A program made the translations under genes and the position numbers. Positions 42,278 to 55,515 of a stretch of DNA of 64,000 nucleotides are shown here, in pieces (the stretch's first letter is position 1; every line of letters begins with the position of its first letter). Origin of the DNA: Candidatus Latescibacterota bacterium. GTDB taxonomy: Bacteria > Latescibacterota > CBDEFO01. Location: the NCBI GenBank assembly GCA_965237525.1, contig CBDEFO010000008.1, positions 128,001-192,000 of the forward strand, read 5' to 3'. Below the pieces are notes generated by a model, which was not told where the DNA came from, made no database searches, and saw only the letters and a program-made list of their open reading frames with translations.

Positions 42278-43474
42278 TTAACCTTCAGGAAATTTGGTAT
42301 ATTCAGCATCTGAAGGAGCAACCGGGGACAGTGCGAGGGCATCCTTGGGCTTGATCTTCTGAGAGGCTATAAAGGACATAACTGCGACGCCTGCTCCAAG
42401 GAAGAACACAACTTCATAGCCCAGGGAAATCCAGATGAATCCTCCCACAAGTGGCATTATGACCGCTGCTATGTGGTTCATAGTGACGCCCATAGCCAAA
42501 GTCGGCTTTATATCTTCTGATGACGCCGTTCTGCCTATGTATGTGGTAATAGCCATGCTCAAAAGGAAAAGGAGATTGTCAGTGATGTATAGTAAGAAGA
42601 GCAAGTATACGTTGTGAATAAGCGCATAGCCCGAAAAGACGATTATAAGACCTCCGTAGCTGATGCTCAAAGCGACCCTTTCGCCCATCTTATCCACAAG
42701 CTTTCCTGCTTGCGGTGCGAGCAGAACGTTCAGGCCGCTGTTTATAAGAGACAGGATCAATATATTGCACAGCTGGACGTTGTAGATCTTAACCAAAGCG
42801 AATAACGCAAATGTCATAAATATCTGTCTGCGATATCCTGAAAGGAACGTCAAGAAATAGAATAGACTGTATTTTCTTCTGAAGACAAGGTGGACCGTTG
42901 TCGGATTGCCCGTGTCTTTGGACATAGCAAAGAGGGCAAATGCCCCCGCCACTCCCACGATTCCCGCAGTCCAGTACATCTCTGTGTAGCCGTATCCAAA
43001 TAGCTTGATTATATATGTCAGCACAATCCCTGCAAGCGTAGCCAGGCCCGCCACACTCCTTAGCTGTCCTAACCTCTTTCCACGTTCCCTCTCCTCCGTC
43101 AGGCTCAACGCCATGCTGTCGCTGAGAGGCATCCACAGATGGAAGCCTATGCTCCAGATGAAGGAAAAGATGACAAGTGACTCTACGGTATATACGTGGG
43201 CATACGAAAAGAGACCGAATCCGTAGATCATAAGGAATATACCGGCTATCAGGGGTTCTGCAAAGCTGATTATCAGACCGGCTAAAAAGGCGGCAAGCAG
43301 GCCCGGAACCTCTCTTATCGCTTCGACTATACCCAGTTGATGCGCCTCGATCCCCATCCGTTCTACGGCGTAGTTGTTGAATATAGGGACGTGTATCCCG
43401 GTTAACGTAAACGAGAGCGCAAATACCGAAATAGCAAGCAAGATAAAGTTTCGTCTGATCTGGTCTGAATTCAA
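42278..43474 (-). CDS. MFS transporter (intact copy)
   Basis: About 12 hydrophobic segments; GKLVDKMGER motif. Confidence 0.92.
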   Translation of the reverse strand: MNSDQIRRNFILLAISVFALSFTLTGIHVPIFNNYAVERMGIEAHQLGIVEAIREVPGLLAAFLAGLIISFAEPLIAGIFLMIYGFGLFSYAHVYTVESLVIFSFIWSIGFHLWMPLSDSMALSLTEERERGKRLGQLRSVAGLATLAGIVLTYIIKLFGYGYTEMYWTAGIVGVAGAFALFAMSKDTGNPTTVHLVFRRKYSLFYFLTFLSGYRRQIFMTFALFALVKIYNVQLCNILILSLINSGLNVLLAPQAGKLVDKMGERVALSISYGGLIIVFSGYALIHNVYLLFLLYITDNLLFLLSMAITTYIGRTASSEDIKPTLAMGVTMNHIAAVIMPLVGGFIWISLGYEVVFFLGAGVAVMSFIASQKIKPKDALALSPVAPSDAEYTKFPEG

Positions 43475-43863
43475 GGCTACCTATTCTTCGAATAGACAAA
43501 AAATGTTGATGTTGAGAATATAATTGGTTATACTAAAAGGCGACATTAAACTTAGCAATATAGAAGAGTAATGTCAAGCTTAAACACCTTTTGTCCTTAA
43601 AATTGCCGTTTGGGGAATACGAGACTGCTTCCCCGCGTTCAGCAACGACTAATGGTGTCATTGCGAGGAGGCCTGCCCCCGAATGATTCTGTCGGGGGTT
43701 CAATTGGGACTCAAGAGAAGCGCGGAGGTGACCCTCTATACTTGGTGAACACGAGGGTTCGCCCCGACATTCATGTGTGTAGGTGCAGACTCGTGCGTCT
43801 GCCCTGAAATAAGGTTGCAGTTGTGGGCTCAGTATATCAACTGAGCCGAAAGGAGCACCAGAT

Positions 43864-45129
43864 ATGAAACTATTTTCAAAGATTGCATGGGAAAGATTAC
43901 ACGAAAAGGCAACAAGCCTCCACGAACAAGGTCGGTATGAGGAAGCAGTTAAGTTTGCCAAAGATGCTTTGAAAATAGCTGAGGAAACTTTCGGTCCAGA
44001 ACACCCCAATATGGCGATCTCCCTGATCAGTCTGGCGAGACTTTACGAAGATCAGGCCAAGTATGCCGAGGCTGAGCCCCTTTGCTGGCGGTCACTGGCA
44101 ATAAGGGAAAAAGCCCTTGGAGAAGACCATCCTGCTGTGGCGCAATCCCTGAACAATCTGGCAAGCCTTTATCATTCCCAGGCCAAGTATGTCGAGGCTG
44201 AGCCCCTTTACAAACGGTCACTGGGAATATGGGAAAAAGCCCTTGGGCCAGATCACCCCGATGTGGCTCCTGTGTGGGAGAATATGGCGGGACTTTACAG
44301 AGATCAGGGCAAGTATGCTGAAGCTGAGCCACTTTACACGCGGTCACTGGCAATAAGGGAAAAAGCCCTTGGAGAAGACCATCCTGCTGTGGCGAGATCC
44401 CTGGACAATCTGGCAAGCCTTTATCATTCCCAGGCCAAGTATGTCGAGGCTGAGCCCCTTTTCAAGAGAGCACTGGAAATAAGGGAAAAAGCTCTTGGCA
44501 AAGACCATCCTGATGTGGCAACTTCACTGAACAATCTGGGGGAACTTTACAGAGCTCAGGGCAAATATGTCGAGGCTGAGCTCCTTTACTGGCGTTCACT
44601 GGCAATAACGGCGAAAGTCCTTGGGTCAGACCATCCTAATGTGGCAACTTCACTAAACAATCTGGCGTTACTTTATTATTCCCAGGGCAAGTATGTCGAA
44701 GCTGAGCCCCTTTACAGGCAGGCACTGGCAATAAGGGAGAAAGTCCTTGGGTCAGACCATCCTGATGTGGCAACTTCACTGAACAATCTGGCGTTACTTT
44801 ATTATTCCCAGGGCAAGTATGTCGAAGCTGAGCCCCTTTACAAGCAGGCACTGGCAATAAGGGAAAGAGTCCTTGGGCCAGATCACCCCGATGTAGAGTA
44901 CTCTCTGAGCGGTCTGGCGTTACTTTATGATTCCCAGGGCAAGTATGCCGAGGCTGAGCCCCTATACAAGAGGTCACTGGCAATAAGGGAGAAAGCTCCT
45001 GGGAAAGACCATCCAACCACGGCGACTTTGTTGGAGAATATGGCAAAGCTTTACAGGAAGATTGGAAAGGAAGATGAAGCGAAAAGGTTGGACGAGCGTG
45101 CAGAAGGAATTCGTTCAAGAAACCAGTGA
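43864..45129 (+). CDS. TPR protein copy A (kinesin-light-chain-type 42-aa repeats, 10 units, no signal peptide)
   Basis: Repeats DHP.VA.SLNNLA.LY..QGKY.EAEPLY.R.LAI.EK.LG. Confidence 0.92.
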   Translation: MKLFSKIAWERLHEKATSLHEQGRYEEAVKFAKDALKIAEETFGPEHPNMAISLISLARLYEDQAKYAEAEPLCWRSLAIREKALGEDHPAVAQSLNNLASLYHSQAKYVEAEPLYKRSLGIWEKALGPDHPDVAPVWENMAGLYRDQGKYAEAEPLYTRSLAIREKALGEDHPAVARSLDNLASLYHSQAKYVEAEPLFKRALEIREKALGKDHPDVATSLNNLGELYRAQGKYVEAELLYWRSLAITAKVLGSDHPNVATSLNNLALLYYSQGKYVEAEPLYRQALAIREKVLGSDHPDVATSLNNLALLYYSQGKYVEAEPLYKQALAIRERVLGPDHPDVEYSLSGLALLYDSQGKYAEAEPLYKRSLAIREKAPGKDHPTTATLLENMAKLYRKIGKEDEAKRLDERAEGIRSRNQ

Positions 45130-45216
45130 TGGCAATATCACACAAATTAGCCTTCGGAGAATTTCCATTCTACGGATGACGCGATGGCAAGGATAAGGGA
45201 CATCGGTATAAAAATA

Positions 45217-46333
45217 GGCGACCTCCCTGAACAATCTGGCGGAACTTTATTATTCCCAGGGCAAGTATGTCGAAGCCGAGCCTCTTTATAAGCGGGCACT
45301 GGCAATAAGGGAAGAAGTCCTTGGCAAAGACCATCCCGATGTGGCGACCTCACTGGACAGGCTGGCGGGACTTTATTATTTCCAGGGCAAGTATGTCGAA
45401 GCCGAGCCTCTTTATAAGCAGGCACTGGCAATAAAGGAAGAAGTCCTTGGCAAAGACCATCCCGATGTGGCGACCTCACTGAATTGTCTGGGGTTACTTT
45501 ATCATTCCCAGGGCAAGTATGTCGAAGCCGAGCCTCTTTATAAGCAGGCACTGGCAATAAAGGAAGAAGTCCTTGGCAAAGACCATCCCGATGTGGCGAC
45601 CTCACTGAACAATCTGGCGGAACTTTATTATTCCCAGGGCAAGTATGTCGAAGCCGAGCCTCTTTATAAGCGGTCACTGGCAATATACGAGAAAGCCCTT
45701 GGCAAAGACCATCCCAATGTGGCGAACTCCCTGAACAATCTGGCGGAACTTTACAGAGCTCAGGGCAAGTATGCCGAGGCTGAGCCACTTTATGAGCGGT
45801 CACTGGCAATATACGAGAAAGCCCTTGGCAAAGACCATCCCGATGTAACTTACCCCCTGAACAATCTGGCGTTGCTTTATAAGACTCAGGGCAAGTATGC
45901 CGAGGCTGAGCCTCTTTATAAGCGGGCACTGGCAATAGGGGAAAAAGCCCTTGGCAAAGACCATCCCAATGTGGCGACTTCCCTGAACAATCTGGCGGGA
46001 CTTTATAAGACTCAGGGCAAGTATGCCGAGGCTGAGCCACTTTATGAGCGGTCACTGGCAATAAAGGAAAAAGCCCTTGGCAAAGACCATCCCAACCTGG
46101 CGACCTCCCTGAACAATCTGGCGGGACTTTATAAGACTCAGGGCAAGTATGCCGAGGCTGAGCCTCTTTATAAGCGGGCACTGGCAATAAAGGAGAAAGC
46201 CCTTGGCAAAGACCATCCCAGTGTGGCGACTGTGTTGGAGGATATGTCGGAGTTTTACGAGAAGATTGGTAAAGAAGATGAAGCTAAGAGGTTGGCCGAA
46301 CGTGCGAGAGGAATTCGTTCAAGAAGCCAGTAA
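45217..46333 (+). pseudogene. TPR copy B (headless, 9 units), joined out of frame to a dmpA 5' stub (45184-45224)
   Basis: Junction at GGCGACCT, shared by dmpA and the TPR repeat; open frame to 46333. Confidence 0.8.
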
Positions 46334-46387
46334 TAGAGGTAACGCACGAATAAGACTTCGGAGAAGTTCCATTTTACGGATGACGCG

Positions 46388-47438
46388 ATGACAAGGATAA
46401 GGGACATCGGCATAAAAATAGGCGACCTTGAAACGGGAGAACTCAACTCCATCTCTGACGTTGAGGGCACGAAAGTAGGGCACGTTGACATGGGTCATGA
46501 CGGAACGCCCTTAAGGACCGGAATAACTGCCGTAGTGCCCCCTCGACAGGAGAAGAGAAGAAAACTCTTCATCGGTAGATACGGCGTCAAAGACTGGGAC
46601 GGAATGACAGGCTTGAGGCAGCTGAGGACTTTGGGACGTTCTCGTCCCCCATAGTATTAACGAGTGCTGCAAGCGTGGGCGTCGTCTACAACGCCTGCAT
46701 AACCTACGGACACAAAAGAGACCGTGGGCTGCCCATAGACGCCGGATGGCCACCCGTCGTGATAGGCCTGGACGACTCCTATCTGAATGACCCTGAAAAG
46801 GAAAGAGAGATAAAGGAGGACATCCTCTTTGAATGCTTCCAGAAAGCGCAAGGAGAAAAAGTGGAGGAGGGAAACGTGGGAATCGGAAGAGGACTGTGCG
46901 CCTTCGGACTAAAAGTCGGAATCGGGCAATCGTCCAGAAAAGTCCAGGGCTACACCGTAGGCATCCTTGTAGCGTCCAACGGAGGAATCAGGAGGAGCCT
47001 GACTGTGGATGGAGTTCCGGTCGGAAGACATCTCTCTGCGCCCCAACCACAGGGCATACTCACAAGGTCAATCGTGGCAGTAACCGCCACAGACGCCCCT
47101 TTGACCCCAAAGCAGTTCGACCACCTTTCGGAGATGACCGGAGCAGGTTTGATCAAAGGGGGATTCATAGACGCTCATATAGACCAAGGATTGATAGTTT
47201 CTTTTTCCACTTCAAATTCCATAGACGCTCCCTTCGAGAACCAAAAGACCTACAGAATCAGATCTGTTCCCCAAGGGGAGCTCTATCCTCTCTTCGACGC
47301 TGCCATAGAAGCTGCTCAAGAGGCCGGACTGAACTCACTTACCACATCGAAAAGTGCAGAAGGCAAGGACGGACGATAAAGGCGATACCCCAAGATCAGC
47401 TTACCGAAATAATGGGAAGATACAGGGGGACCGACTGA
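46388..47438 (+). pseudogene. DmpA/P1 (S58) peptidase-like copy, frameshifted
   Basis: Near-identical to 55516-56565 with small deletions near 46617 and 47375. Confidence 0.85.
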
Positions 47439-47679
47439 TCATGCCCGAACCATTTCTTTCAACTTATCTATCTGCTCTTGCCTTCCCAGAACGATGAGCA
47501 TATCTCCTTCCTTCAACTCTTATCGATTCGACTATACCCAGTTGATGCGCCTCGATCCCCATCCGTTCTACGGCGTAGTTGTTGAATATAGGGACGTGTA
47601 TCCCGGTTAACGTAAACGAGAGCGCAAATACCGAAATAGCAAGCAAGATAAAGTTTCGTCTGATCTGGTCCGAATTCAA
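47439..47679 (-). pseudogene. Duplication junction: 5' MFS fragment fused to the 3' tail of the K+ channel gene
   Basis: 47439-47517 matches 56566-56644; 47517-47679 matches the MFS 5' end. Confidence 0.9.
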
Positions 47680-48095
47680 GGCTACCTATTCTTCGAATAG
47701 ACAAAAAATGTTGATGTTGAGAATATAATTGGTTATACTAAAAGGCGACATAGAGTTTAGCAAAACAGGAGTGTAATGTCAAGCTCAAGCTCCTTTTGTC
47801 CTTAAAATTTCAGTTTGGGGAATATGAGATTTCTTCCTCCCGATAGGTTCAATCGGGGGTGCTGGCAATGACTAAGGGAGAGGTCATTGTGAGGAGGTCT
47901 GCCGCTGAATGATTCTATCGGGGGTTCAATCGGGGACTCAAGAGAAGGGAGAAGGTGCTCCTGTATACTGGGCGAACACGTGGAAAAAGCATTCATCTGT
48001 TGTAGGGGCAGACCCGTGTGTCTGCCCTGGAATGATGACTACTAATGTGAGGAGGAACCCTTCCTTGATTCCTTGAACCGAAAGGAGCACCAGAT

Positions 48096-48599
48096 ATGGG
48101 GGCATTTTCAAAGTGGGAAATACTAATGGAAAAGGCAGAAACGTTCCGCGAACAAGGTCAGTATGAGAAAGCAGTTAAGGTTGCTAAAAAGGCTTTGAAA
48201 GTAGCTGAGAAAACTTTCGGTCCAGACCATCCCGATGTGCTGATCTCACTGGACAGTCTGGCGGTACCTTATGCTTATCAGGGCAAGTATGCCGAGGCTG
48301 AACCCCTTTTCAAGCGGGCACTGGCAATGAGGGAAGAAGCCCTTGGAAAAGATCATCCCGCTGTGGCGGGCTCACTGAACAATCTGGTGGTACTTTACAG
48401 AGATCAGGGCAAGTATGCCGAGGCTGAGCCCCTTTACAAGCGGGCACTGGCAATAGTCGAAAAAGCTCTTGGCAAAGACCATCCTGATATGGCGACTGTG
48501 TTGGAGAATATGTCGGAGTTTTACGAGGAGATTGGTAAAGAAGATGAAGCTAAGAGGTTGGCCGAACGTGCGAGAGGAATTCGTTCAAGAAGCCAGTGA
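48096..48599 (+). CDS. TPR copy C (4 units, no signal peptide)
   Basis: Same repeat and caps; AAGGAG RBS. Confidence 0.88.
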   Translation: MGAFSKWEILMEKAETFREQGQYEKAVKVAKKALKVAEKTFGPDHPDVLISLDSLAVPYAYQGKYAEAEPLFKRALAMREEALGKDHPAVAGSLNNLVVLYRDQGKYAEAEPLYKRALAIVEKALGKDHPDMATVLENMSEFYEEIGKEDEAKRLAERARGIRSRSQ

Positions 48600-48653
48600 T
48601 GGCAATACGGCACAAATTCACCTTCGGAGAATTTCTATTTTACGGATAGCGCA

Positions 48654-49263
48654 ATGGCAAGGATAAGGGACATCGGCATAAAGATAGGCGACCTTGAAAC
48701 GGGAGAACTCAACTCCATCTCTGACGTCGAGGGCACGAAAGCAGGGCACGTTGACATAGATCATGACGGAACTCCCTTAAGGACCGGAATAACTGCCGTA
48801 GTGCCCGGAGAAGAGAAGAAAACTCTTCATCGGAAGATACGGCGTCAAAGACCGGGACGGAATGACAGGCTTGAGCGTAGCTGAGGACTTCGGGACGTTC
48901 TCATCTCCCGTAGTTTTGACGAGTGCTGCAAGCGTGGGCGTCGTCTATAACGCCTGCATAACCTACGGACACAAAAGAGACCGTGGACTCCCCATAGACG
49001 CCGGATGGCCACCCGTCGTGATAGGCCTGGACGACTCCTATCTGAACGACCCTGAAAAGGAAAGAGAGATAAAGGAGGACATCCTCTTTGAATGCTTCCA
49101 GAAAGCGCAAGGAGAAAAAGTGGAAGAGGGAAACGTGGGAATCGGAAGAGGACTGTGCGCCTTCGGACTAAAAGTCGGAATCGGGCAATCGTCCAGAAAA
49201 GTCCAGGGCTACACCGTAGGCATCCTTGTAGCGTCCAACGGAGGAATCAGGAGGAGCCTCACT
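48654..49263 (+). pseudogene. Truncated dmpA-like copy
   Basis: Matches the 5' half of 55516-56565; ends at a junction with MFS sequence. Confidence 0.85.
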
Positions 49264-49676
49264 AGCTGTCCTAACCTCTTTCCACGTTCCCTCTCCTCCG
49301 TCAGGCTCAGCGCCATACTGTCGGTGAGAGGCATCCACAGATGGAAACCTATGCTCCAGATGAAGGAAAAGATGACAAGTGACTCTACGGTATATACGTG
49401 GGCATACGAAAAGAGACCGAATCCGTAGATCATAAGGAATATACCGGCTATCAGGGGTTCTGCAAAGCTGATTATCAGACCGGCTAAGAAGGCGGCAAGC
49501 AGGCCCGGAACCTCTCTTATCGCTTCGACTATACCCAGTTGATGCGCCTCGATCCCCATCCGTTCTACGGCGTAGTTGTTGAATATAGGGACGTGTATCC
49601 CGGTTAACGTAAACGAGAGCGCAAATACCGAAATAGCAAGCAAGATAAAGTTTCGTCTGATCTGGTCTGAATTCAA
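49263..49676 (-). pseudogene. 5' fragment of the MFS transporter
   Basis: Near-identical to 43061-43474. Confidence 0.9.
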
Positions 49677-50010
49677 GGCTACCTATTCTTCGAATAGACA
49701 AAAAATGTTGATGTTGAGAATATAATTGGTTATACTAAGAGGCGACATTAAACTTAGCAATACAGAAGAGTAATGTCAAGCTTAAACACCTTTTGTCCCT
49801 AAAATTGCCGTTTGGGGAATACGAGATTGCTTCCCCCCGATTGAATCTATGGGGGACTCAAGGGAAGGGAAGAGGTGGGCCTGTATACTGGGCGAATACG
49901 CGAGTTGCCCCTTACATTCATCAGTTGTAGGGGCAGACCCGTGTGTCTGCCCTGAAATAAGGTTACAGTTGTGAGCTCATTATATCAGTGAGCCGAAAGG
50001 AGCACCAGAA

Positions 50011-51585
50011 ATGAGAGTATTTTCAAAAGTTTTCGTGATTGCATCCCTATGCTTATCGTTTGCCGCAACTGCTTTTTCCCAGGAAACGTTATGGGAAATA
50101 CTAAACGAAAAGGCAACAAAACTCTACCAACAAGGTCAGTATGAGGAAGCAGTTAAGTTTGCCAAAGAGGCTTTGAAAGTAGCTGAGGAAACTTTCGGTT
50201 CAGAACACCTCAATATGGCGATCTCACTGAACATTCTGGCGTTACTTTACAGCGATCAGGGCAAGTATGTGGTGGCTGAGCCACTTTACAAGCGGGCACT
50301 GGTAATAACGGAAAAAGTCCTTGGCAAAGACCATCCCAGTGTGGCGACCACCCTGAACAATCTGGCGTTACTTTACAGCGATCAGGGCAAGTATGTGGTG
50401 GCTGAGCCACTTTCTAAGCGGGCACTGGTAATAACGGAAAAAGTCCTTGGCAAAGACCATCCCAGTGTGGCGCAATCCCTGAATAATCTGGCGGTACTTT
50501 ATCATTATCAGGGCAAGTATGTCGAGGCTGAGCCCCTTTACAAGCGGTCACTGGCAATAGCAGAAAAAGCCCTTGGAAAAGACCATCCTGATGTGGCGCA
50601 ATCCCTGAATAATCTGGCGGTACTTTATCATTATCAGGGCAAGTATGTCGAGGCTGAGCCCCTTTACAAGCGGTCACTGGCAATAGCAGAAAAAGCCCTT
50701 GGAAAAGACCATCCCAGTGTGGCGGGCTCACTGGGCGGTCTGGCGGTACTTTACAGAGATCAGGGCAAGTATGACGAGGCTGAGCCCCTTTATGAGCGGT
50801 CACTGGCAATAAGGGAAAAAGCCCTCGGAAAAGACCATCCCGATGTGGCGACCTCATTGAACGGTCTGGCGTTACTTTACAGCGATCAGGGCAAGTATGT
50901 CGAGGCTGAGCCCCTTCACAAGCGGGCACTGGCAATATACGAGAAAGCCCTTGGAAAAGACCATCCCAGTGTGGCGACTTCCCTGAATAATCTGGCGGTA
51001 CTTTATGATAGTCAGGGCAAGTATGTCGAGGTTGAGCCCCTTTACAAGCGGGCACTGGCAATATACGAGAAAGCCCTTGGAAAAGACCATCCTGATGTGG
51101 CGCAATCCCTGAACAATCTGGCGGTACTTTATGATAGTCAGGGCAAGTATGTCGAGGCTGAGCCCCTTCACAAGCGGGCACTGGCAATATACGAGAAAGC
51201 CCTTGGAAAAGACCATCCCAGTGTGGCGACTTCCCTGAATAATCTGGCGGTACTTTATGATAGTCAGGGCAAGTATGTCGAGGTTGAGCCCCTTTTCAAG
51301 CGGGCACTGGCAATATACGAGAAAGCCCTTGGAAAAGACCATCCTGATGTGGCGCAATCCCTGAACAATCTGGCGGTACTTTATGATAGTCAGGGCAAGT
51401 ATGTCGAGGCTGAGCCCCTTTTCAAGCGGTCACTGGCAATAAGAGAAAAAGCCCTTGGCCAAGACCATCCCGATGTGGCGACTGTGTTGGAGAATATGGC
51501 GGAGCTTTACGAAGAGGTTGGAAAGGAAGATGAAGCTAAGAGGTTGGCCGAACGTGCGAGAGGAATTCGTTTAAGAAACCAGTAA
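50011..51585 (+). CDS. TPR copy D (12 units) with a Sec signal peptide
   Basis: MRVFSKVFVIASLCLSFAATAFS-QET followed by 42-aa repeats. Confidence 0.92.
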   Translation: MRVFSKVFVIASLCLSFAATAFSQETLWEILNEKATKLYQQGQYEEAVKFAKEALKVAEETFGSEHLNMAISLNILALLYSDQGKYVVAEPLYKRALVITEKVLGKDHPSVATTLNNLALLYSDQGKYVVAEPLSKRALVITEKVLGKDHPSVAQSLNNLAVLYHYQGKYVEAEPLYKRSLAIAEKALGKDHPDVAQSLNNLAVLYHYQGKYVEAEPLYKRSLAIAEKALGKDHPSVAGSLGGLAVLYRDQGKYDEAEPLYERSLAIREKALGKDHPDVATSLNGLALLYSDQGKYVEAEPLHKRALAIYEKALGKDHPSVATSLNNLAVLYDSQGKYVEVEPLYKRALAIYEKALGKDHPDVAQSLNNLAVLYDSQGKYVEAEPLHKRALAIYEKALGKDHPSVATSLNNLAVLYDSQGKYVEVEPLFKRALAIYEKALGKDHPDVAQSLNNLAVLYDSQGKYVEAEPLFKRSLAIREKALGQDHPDVATVLENMAELYEEVGKEDEAKRLAERARGIRLRNQ

Positions 51586-51639
51586 TAGAGGTAACGCACG
51601 AATAAGACTTCGGAGAATTTCCATTTTACGGATGACGCG

Positions 51640-52344
51640 ATGACAAGGATAAGGGACATCGGCATAAAGATAGGCGACCTTGAAACGGGCAAACTCAACT
51701 CCATCTCTGACGTCGAGGGCACGAAAGTAGGGCACGTTGACATAGGTCATGACGGGTTAAGGACTGGAATAACAGCCGTGGTGCCTCCCGGAGCAAGATA
51801 AGAGGAGAAAACTCTTCATCGGAAGATACAGCGTCAAAGACTGGGACGGAATGACAGGCTTGAGCGTAGCTGAGGACTTCGGGACGTTCTCGTCCCCCAT
51901 AGTATTAACGAGTTCTGCAAGCATTGGGATCGTCTACAACGCCTGCATAACCTACGGACACAAAAGAGAGCATGGGCTGCCCATAGACGCCGGATGGCCC
52001 CCCGTCGTGATAGGCCTGGACGACTCCTATCTGAATGACCCTGAAAAGGAAAGAGAGATAAAGGAGGACATCCTCTTTGAATGCTTCCAGAAAGCGCAAG
52101 GAGAAAAAGTGAAAGAGGGAAACGTGGGAATCGGAAGAGGACTGTGCGCCTTCGGACTAAAAGTCGGAATCGGGCAATCGTCCAGGAAAGTCCAGGGCTA
52201 CACCGTAGGCATCCTTGTAGCGTCCAAGCGTTCTACGGCGTAGTTGTTGAATATAGGGACGTGTATCCCGGTTAACGTAAACGAGAGCGCAAATACCGAA
52301 ATAGCAAGCAAGATAAAGTTTCGTCTGATCTGGTCCGAATTCAA
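51640..52344 (+). pseudogene. Truncated dmpA-like copy (to ~52228) joined to a short MFS 5' fragment on the minus strand
   Basis: Junction GCGTCCAA/GCGTTCTACGG. Confidence 0.85.
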
Positions 52345-52759
52345 GGCTACCTATTCTTCGAATAGACAAAAAATGTTGATGTTGAGAATATAATTGGTTA
52401 TACTAAAAGGCGACATAGAGTTTAGCAAAACAGGAGTGTAATGTCAAGCTCAAGCTCCTTTTGTCCTTAAAATTTCAGTTTGGGGAATATGAGATTTCTT
52501 CCTCCCGATAGATTCAATCGGGGGCGCTGGCAATGACTAAGGGAGAGGTCATTGTGAGGAGGTCTGCCGCCGAATGATTCTATCGGGGGTTCAATCGTGG
52601 ACTCAAGAGAAGGGAGAAGGTGCTCCTGTATACTGGGCGAACACGTGGGGAAAGCATTCATCTGTTGTAGGGGCAGACCCGTGTGTTTGCCCTGAAATGA
52701 TGACTACAATGTGAGGAGGAACCCTTCCTTGATTCCTTGAACCGAAAGGAGCACCAGAT

Positions 52760-53810
52760 ATGAGGGCACTTTCAAAGTGGGAAAGACTATCGAAAAGGCA
52801 GTAACGTTCCGCGAACAAGGTCAGTATGAGAAAGGAGTTAAGGTTGCTAAAAAGGCTTTGAAAGTAGCTGAGAAAACTTTCGGTCCAGACCATCCCTATG
52901 TGGCGACCTCCCTGAACGGTCTGGGGTTACTTTATTATTCCCAAGGCAAGTAGGACGAGGCTGAACCCCTTTTCAAGCGGGCACTGGCAATGAGGGAAGA
53001 AGCCCTTGGAAAAGATCATCCCGATGTGGCGGGCTCACTGGGCGGTCTGGGGTTACTTTATTATTCCCAGGGCAAGTATGACGAGGCTGAGCCCCTTTAT
53101 GAGCCAATATGGGAAAAAGCGCTTGGGACCACCCCAATGTGGCGGCTGGACAGTCTGGCGGATCTTTACAGGCTCAAGGCGAGTATGAAGGCTGAGCCCC
53201 TTTATAGTCCCTGAGAAAGCGCTCGGAAAAAATTCCCGATGGATGACCCAGACAATCTGGCGGAACTTTATTATCCCCGATGTCGAAGCCGAGCCTCTTT
53301 ACAAGCGGGCACTGAAGAACATTTGGTTCTGGCGGAATCTACTTTTTATTCCCAGGGCAAGTATGTCAGGAGCAACTGGCAATATGACCTTGGAAAAGAT
53401 TCTAGGCTGAGAGATCAGGGCTTTAGCCTCTTTATAAGCGGTCACTGGCAATATGCGAAAAAGGGAATCCCTATGTGGCGAAGTTACTTTATTATTCCCC
53501 AAGTATGTCGAAGTCGGCCTCTTTATAAAGACTGACATCCTTGGCAAAGACCATCCCGCTGTGGCGGTCTCCCTGACCGGTCTGGGGTTACTTTATTATT
53601 CCCAGGGCAAGTATGTCGAGGCTGAACCCCTTTTCAAGCGGTCACTGGCAATAAGGGAAGAAGTCCTTGGCAAAGACCATCCCGATGTGGCGACCTCACT
53701 GAACAATCTGGCGGAACTTTATTATTCCCAGGGCAAGTATGTCGAAGCCGAGCCTCTTTATGAGCGGTCACTGGCAATATAGACGAAAAAGCCCTTGGAA
53801 AAGACCACAT
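52760..53810 (+). pseudogene. TPR copy E, disrupted or garbled
   Basis: Recognisable repeat pieces with many indels and stops. Confidence 0.6.
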
Positions 53811-54104
53811 AGAGTTTAGCCAGGATGTGGCGCTCCTCACTAAAACAGTCTGGGGAATATACTTTATAGATTCAATCGGGGGCAGGGCAATGTATGACGA
53901 GGCTGAGGAGGTCTGCCCCGAATAATTCTATCGGCGGGTTCAATCGGGGACTCAAGAGAAGGGAGAAGCTCCTGTATACTGGGCGAACACCTGGGGAAAG
54001 CATTCATCTGTTGTAGGGGCAGACCCGTGTGTCTGCCCTGAAATGATGACTACAATGTGAGGAGGAACCCTTCCTTGATTCCTTGAACCGAAAGGAGCAC
54101 CAGA

Positions 54105-55461
<1,357 letters not shown>

Positions 55462-55515
55462 TGGCAATATGGCACAAATTCACCTTCGGAGAATTTCCAT
55501 TTTACGGATAGCGCA

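Noticed and set aside
620..52953. Amber (TAG) recoding suggested by in-frame TAGs at 620, 8900, 30577 and ~52951
   Set aside because: The expected residues differ (probably W, unknown, Q, Y), two sit in otherwise broken genes, and many intact genes here end in TAG. Nonsense mutations or errors are simpler.
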